A stretch of 63,296 nt of DNA, the filler included. It is 4 parts of 4 records of this genome, joined end to end, with 100 filler letters (N's around TTAATTAATTAA, not from the genome) between each part and the next. Parts side by side here need not be neighbours in the genome. Positions count along the whole stretch, not along the records: positions 43,749 to 63,296 come from DRR378314_819; 3 more parts are not named here. One strand, given 5' to 3'. Numbering within the stretch: the first letter of the stretch is position 1; each line of letters starts with the position of its first letter. Shown in pieces: positions 58,685 through 63,296 of this stretch. The notes beneath the pieces were generated by a model. That model saw only the letters and a program-made list of their open reading frames with translations. It was not told the origin of the DNA and made no database searches. A program made the position numbers and the translations under genes.

Positions 58685-61102
58685 TCAGCCGCGCATGGCA
58701 GCACCGTCAGGGTCAAACAGCGGCGCGGTGATCAGATGTGCCGGGCGCATCTGGCCAAGGATCTCGATCTCGACCGCCAAACCCTCAACCGCGCGCGCGC
58801 GCGGCACAAAGCCCAGCGCCACCGAGGTGCCGGAATAATACGAATACCCGCCTGAGGTGCAAAAACCCACAACGGCACCCTCCAGCCAGATCGGTTCATA
58901 GCCCTGTACATCCGCATCCTCGGCCTCGACCTTGAAGGCGACCAGCTGGCGGTCGGGTGGTGTTGTGCGCTCTGCTTCTGCGGCGGCACGGCCGATGAAA
59001 GTGGTGTTTTTCTTGAAGCTGATGAACCGGTCCAGCCCTGTCTCCGCTGCTGTGTAATCCGGTGAAAACTCCGACATCCATGAGCCAAAGAATTTATCCA
59101 GCCGCAGCGACATCATTGCGCGCATGCCAAAGGGCGTAATCCCATGTTGCTGTCCGGCCTCCCAAAGATGCTGCCACAGGCTACGCTGGTCCATTGGGTC
59201 GCAATAAATCTCAAACCCCAGATCGCCGGTATAGCTGACCCGTTGCACGATGCATTTGCTTTGACCCACGGTCATTTCCCAGACATCCAGAAATTTTATA
59301 TCACTGACATCGCGGCGTGTGCAGGCTTGCAAAACATCGCGGGCGCGCGGCCCGGCAATTTGAAATCCGGTGCGCCGATCGGAAATGTTGTCAACCTCAA
59401 CACCATCTTCCAAGTGGTTAAGAAACCAACGGTAATGGTAGGATTGAGACCCGTAGGAGGCGGTCAGCTGGAACAGATCCTCCGCGAGGCAGGAGATGGT
59501 GAAATCACCAATGAGCTTACCTTTCTCTGACAACATTGGCGTAAGCGACAGCCGCCCCTTTGCAGGGACACGTCCCGCCATGATCCGGTCCAACCAAGCC
59601 CGCGCATTTGGGCCTTTCACCAGAAACTTGCCAAAGTTCTGTACCTCGTTGATTCCGACACTGCTGCGCACCGCCTTCACCTCGCGGGCGGTGGCGTCAA
59701 AGGCATCTGAACGGCGGAAGGAAGGTGTTTCGAAGCTTGGTTCGTCACCTCTGGCAAAGTAATTTGGTACTTCAAGGCCGAATTGCTGGCCCCAGACCGC
59801 ACCCATTTCGGTAAAAATGTCATACATTGGCGTGGTGCGATGGGGCCGCGCGGCGGGCAGTTCCTCGTTCGGGTAGGCGACGGAGAACCGTTTCTGATAG
59901 TTTTCGATCACCTTTGGCAGGGTATAGCCCGGCGTGATCCAATCGCCGAAACGGGCCACATCCATCGCCATCACATCGCGCTCCGGCTCTCCCTCAATCA
60001 TCCATTGGGCAAGGGTCAGGCCAACGCCGCCCCCCTGGGAAAACCCGGCCATAACCCCGCAAGCGGACCAATAGTTGCGCATTCCCGGCACCGGACCGAC
60101 CAGCGGATTGCCGTCCGGCGCAAAGGTGAAGGGCCCGTGGATCACGTTTTTCACGCCCGCACGTTCCAGATCGGGAAAGCGCTTATAGGCAAAGGCGATG
60201 CTGTCTTCGATCTTGTCAAAATCATCTTGCAGCAGGTCCTGACCAAAGGACCATGGTGTGCCATCAACGGACCACGGGCGGCAGGTTTGTTCGTAAAACC
60301 CGATACATAGCCCTTTGCCTTCTTGCCGCAGATAGGATTCGCCTGCGGGGTCCATCACATGCGGGTGCTCGATTCCGTCTTTCATCATCTCGACAATCAT
60401 CGGCACGTCTTCAGTGACCAGATACTGATGTTCCATCGGGTGCAGCGGGAAATAGACACCGGCCATTGCCCCAACTTCACGTGCCCAAAGTCCACCTGCG
60501 TTAACGATATGCTCGGCGTGAATCGTGCCCTTGTCGGTGACCACATCCCATGTGCCATCAGGGCGTTGGTTGGTCTCTTGTACCATACAATGGGTTTCAA
60601 TGGTCGCACCACCCATCTTGGCCGCGCGGGCATAGGCGTGGGTGGTGCCGGAGGGATCAAGGTGTCCATCAAGCGGGTCATAAAGACCGCCAATGATGCC
60701 GTCGATGTTGGTGACCGGCGCGATTTTCTGAATCTCTTCGGGGCTGACAATCTCTGTATCCAAGCCCATAAACCGATGTTTGGCGCGTTCCGCCAACAGC
60801 ATATCAAACCGGTCCTGATTGTCCGCCAAAGTGACTCCGCCCACGTGGTGCAAGCCGCAAGACATGCCGGTGATTTTCTCTAACTCCTTGTAAAGGCGAA
60901 TGGTATAGCCCTGCAACGCCGCCATATTGGTGTCACCGTTCAGCGTGTGAAATCCGCCCGCCGCGTGCCAGGTGGAGCCAGAGGTCAGCTCGGAACGTTC
61001 AACCAGCATCACGTCGGACCAACCCAGTTTGGTCAGATGATATAAGACCGAAGCGCCGACGACGCCGCCGCCAATGATCAGAACACGGGTAGATGTTTGC
61101 AT
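58685..61102 (-). CDS. GcvT family FAD oxidoreductase (dimethylglycine/sarcosine dehydrogenase-like)
   Basis: IGGGVVG, LTSGSTWHAAG, FTFAPDG, RVSYTGDLGFE, SLRLDK; ATG at 61102. Confidence 0.93.
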   Translation of the reverse strand: MQTSTRVLIIGGGVVGASVLYHLTKLGWSDVMLVERSELTSGSTWHAAGGFHTLNGDTNMAALQGYTIRLYKELEKITGMSCGLHHVGGVTLADNQDRFDMLLAERAKHRFMGLDTEIVSPEEIQKIAPVTNIDGIIGGLYDPLDGHLDPSGTTHAYARAAKMGGATIETHCMVQETNQRPDGTWDVVTDKGTIHAEHIVNAGGLWAREVGAMAGVYFPLHPMEHQYLVTEDVPMIVEMMKDGIEHPHVMDPAGESYLRQEGKGLCIGFYEQTCRPWSVDGTPWSFGQDLLQDDFDKIEDSIAFAYKRFPDLERAGVKNVIHGPFTFAPDGNPLVGPVPGMRNYWSACGVMAGFSQGGGVGLTLAQWMIEGEPERDVMAMDVARFGDWITPGYTLPKVIENYQKRFSVAYPNEELPAARPHRTTPMYDIFTEMGAVWGQQFGLEVPNYFARGDEPSFETPSFRRSDAFDATAREVKAVRSSVGINEVQNFGKFLVKGPNARAWLDRIMAGRVPAKGRLSLTPMLSEKGKLIGDFTISCLAEDLFQLTASYGSQSYHYRWFLNHLEDGVEVDNISDRRTGFQIAGPRARDVLQACTRRDVSDIKFLDVWEMTVGQSKCIVQRVSYTGDLGFEIYCDPMDQRSLWQHLWEAGQQHGITPFGMRAMMSLRLDKFFGSWMSEFSPDYTAAETGLDRFISFKKNTTFIGRAAAEAERTTPPDRQLVAFKVEAEDADVQGYEPIWLEGAVVGFCTSGGYSYYSGTSVALGFVPRARAVEGLAVEIEILGQMRPAHLITAPLFDPDGAAMRG

Positions 61103-61156
61103 GGGGGTCTCCAGATTTGCTTGCCCCAAGCCTGAAAGCTGACGAATGCAGTCGCA

Positions 61157-61190
61157 TGTAGTTTTCCGACAGAAGATGTCGTGATCTGGC
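61157..61190. promoter_or_regulatory. Possible GlxA/GbdR-type operator between divergent GcvT genes
   Basis: Palindromic core CGACA-GAAGA-TGTCG at 61167-61181. Confidence 0.45.
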
Positions 61191-61256
61191 AATCGGTGGG
61201 AAATGGCGGGGGTCAAATGGTGGGGTAAGGAAAACCGAAAGACAGGACCAAGCCCC

Positions 61257-63296
61257 ATGCGCACCCATGCCCAAGCTGTTGTGATCGGAGGTGGCGTGAT
61301 CGGCTGCTCGATCCTGTACCATCTGACTAAACTGGGCTGGACCGATGTGGTTTTGCTGGAACGGGATGAATTGACCAGCGGCTCAACATGGCATGCGGCG
61401 GCAAATATCCACGGGCTGCATGACAACAACAATATCACCCGTATTCAGAATTACACCATGGACCTGTATAACCAGCTGGAGGCAGAGACCGGGCAGTCCT
61501 GCGGTGTGTTTCAACCGGGCAGCCTCTATCTGGCCCAGACCGAAGCGCGCGAACACCAGCTGCGCTTGCAGGCGGCAAAGGCAAAATATTATAACATGCC
61601 GTTTCGCGAAGTTTCGCGGGAAGAGGCAGAGGTGCTGCATCCGCTGGTCAATTATGACGGCATTCGCTGTATCATGTTTGAAGAGAACGGCGGCAACGTG
61701 GATCCTTCGGGTGTGACCAATGCCTATGCGGCGGGGGCACGTCAAAATGGGGCAGAGATCATTCGCTTCTGTCCCGTGACGGGGACAGAGCAGCAGGCGG
61801 ATGGCAGTTGGATTGTGCGCACCGAGAAGGGTGATATCGCCACGCAGTGGATTGTGAATGCGGCCGGTCTATGGGGGCGTGAAGTGGCTGCGATGGCCGG
61901 TGTGAAGCTGCCGCTGCAACCGACCGAACACCAATATTTTGTGACGGAAACGATTGCAGAGATCGACGGGCTGGACCGGCGTTTACCCTCGGTCGCGGAT
62001 CGCGATGGTGAGTATTACCTGCGTCAGGAAGGCAAGGGATTGCTGGTCGGGGCCTATGAAAAGGACATGCGATTCTGGGCCGAAAACGGCACGCCGCAGG
62101 GGTTCGGGCACGAGTTGTTTGCCGATGATTTGGAGCGGATCGAGGACAATATGATGCGCGCAATTGACCGTGTTCCCGCGGTCGGCGCCGCAGGAATCAA
62201 ACGGGTGATCAACGGGCCGATGATCTGGTCACCAGACAGCAATGTGTTATTCGGCCCGCTGCCGGAACTGTCCAACTATTTCTGTTGTAACGGTATTATC
62301 CCAGGGTTCTCGCAATCGGGTGGCATGGGGCTGCTCGCCGCGGATTGGATAGTCACCGGTGAAAGCCGCTATGACATGTTTGCCTGGGACGTGGCACGGT
62401 TTGGCGATTGGGCAGATGCTGCGTTCACCAAGGCGCGGGTGGGGGACCAATATGCCAACCGCTTCAAGATCCATTTCCCGAATGAGGAACGCAGCGCGGG
62501 CCGCCCCATGCGCCAACGCCCCATCTATGCGGCCCAACGCAATTTGGGCGCGGTATTTGGGTTGAACTATGGTTGGGAGCATCCGCTGTATTATGGCCAG
62601 GACATCGGCGCGCCGGATGTGACCGAAGGGTTCACGCGGCAGGGCTGGTGGGAACAGGTCGGACGCGAATGCCGCATGCTGCGCGAAAATGCGGGCATCA
62701 TCGACATATCGAATTTCGCGAAATACCGCTGTGCGGGGCCGGGGGCAGAGGCGTGGTTGAATGCCGTCTTTGCCAATAACATGCCGAAATTGGTTGGGCG
62801 GTCCTGTTTGACACCATTGATCGGCACGCGTGGCGGGATCGCGGGGGATTTCACGATCACGCGCATGGGGGATGAGGAATTCTGGATCATCGGGTCCGGC
62901 ATGGCCGAGCGCTATCACCAGCGGTTCTTTAAGCAGGTGCCGCTGCCCGATGGCACCACATTCGAGAGCCGGACAGAGGCCATGTGCGGCTTTAACGTGG
63001 CGGGGCCTAAATCGCGCGAGATCTTGCAGCGGATGACAAACACCTCGCTGGCAACGGCCGATTTCCGCTTTATGCGGTCGGCTTGGGTCGAACTGGCCGG
63101 GGTGCGCTGTCTGGCGTTGCGGGTGAGTTTCACCGGGGATCTGGGCTGGGAATTGCATTGCGCAGTTGAAGATCAGGCGCAGCTTTTTGCGGCGCTTCTT
63201 AAAGAAGGGGCGGCGGTGGGCGCAGGACCGGTTGGCTCACGGGCGTTGATGTCACTGCGCATTGAAAAGGGCTATGGCTCCTGGAGCCGCGAATAC
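61257..63296 (+). CDS. GcvT family FAD oxidoreductase (dimethylglycine dehydrogenase-like), 3'-truncated; not in ORF track
   Basis: MRTHAQAVVIGGGVIGCSILYHL...LTSGSTWHAAA...RVSFTGDLGWELH...SLRIEKGYG; runs off the window end. Confidence 0.93.
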   Translation, partial: MRTHAQAVVIGGGVIGCSILYHLTKLGWTDVVLLERDELTSGSTWHAAANIHGLHDNNNITRIQNYTMDLYNQLEAETGQSCGVFQPGSLYLAQTEAREHQLRLQAAKAKYYNMPFREVSREEAEVLHPLVNYDGIRCIMFEENGGNVDPSGVTNAYAAGARQNGAEIIRFCPVTGTEQQADGSWIVRTEKGDIATQWIVNAAGLWGREVAAMAGVKLPLQPTEHQYFVTETIAEIDGLDRRLPSVADRDGEYYLRQEGKGLLVGAYEKDMRFWAENGTPQGFGHELFADDLERIEDNMMRAIDRVPAVGAAGIKRVINGPMIWSPDSNVLFGPLPELSNYFCCNGIIPGFSQSGGMGLLAADWIVTGESRYDMFAWDVARFGDWADAAFTKARVGDQYANRFKIHFPNEERSAGRPMRQRPIYAAQRNLGAVFGLNYGWEHPLYYGQDIGAPDVTEGFTRQGWWEQVGRECRMLRENAGIIDISNFAKYRCAGPGAEAWLNAVFANNMPKLVGRSCLTPLIGTRGGIAGDFTITRMGDEEFWIIGSGMAERYHQRFFKQVPLPDGTTFESRTEAMCGFNVAGPKSREILQRMTNTSLATADFRFMRSAWVELAGVRCLALRVSFTGDLGWELHCAVEDQAQLFAALLKEGAAVGAGPVGSRALMSLRIEKGYGSWSREY

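Noticed and set aside
61103-61438. N-terminal extension of the 917-aa ORF
   Set aside because: Overlaps the divergent GcvT gene; the real start is ATG 61102 with a GGAG RBS. Similar over-extensions apply to tim44, dnaQ, parC, etfB and yqaA

Overview
The window is not one locus. It is four contigs joined by three artificial 100-nt spacers (44 N + TTAATTAATTAA + 44 N at 16604-16703, 34739-34838 and 43649-43748). Contig A (1-16603) is Rhodobacteraceae/Roseobacter-type core genome around the likely replication origin: addB-addA-trxA-hslVU-MFS, smr-mltA-tim44/fxsA-secB, dnaQ-coaE-aroE-maf, oriC, hemJ-rho. Contig B (16704-34738) is visibly more AT-rich and has a split pntAa/pntAb, so it probably comes from a different alphaproteobacterium. 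It carries pnt genes, a cytochrome oxidase subunit IV, pepF, two PaaI thioesterases, a UDP-glucuronate epimerase, indolepyruvate oxidoreductase, an AGMO-like hydroxylase with TetR, fatty-acid/CoA genes and fbaA. Contig C (34839-43648) has etfB, PduO, SDR, SH3, parC, DUF898, M48, a lipoprotein and the start of tuf. Contig D (43749-63296) has a MoxR/VWA locus, DUF2927, dksA, ocd/rocF/Lrp, dsbB, tRNA-Leu, a large RTX/cadherin Hint protein and two divergent GcvT-family oxidoreductases. The most interesting candidate is a standalone 135-aa gene (30622-31029) fusing a phage-type helical hairpin (Acb2/Tad1-like by pattern) to an HTH-like tail, with a perfect CtrA box upstream. Next are a CtrA-boxed long leader with a coupled 48-aa uORF before the Hint protein, a coupled 32-aa uORF with phased GCC repeats before DUF2927, and a well-resolved oriC. 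All family assignments come from motif recognition; no database search was run.
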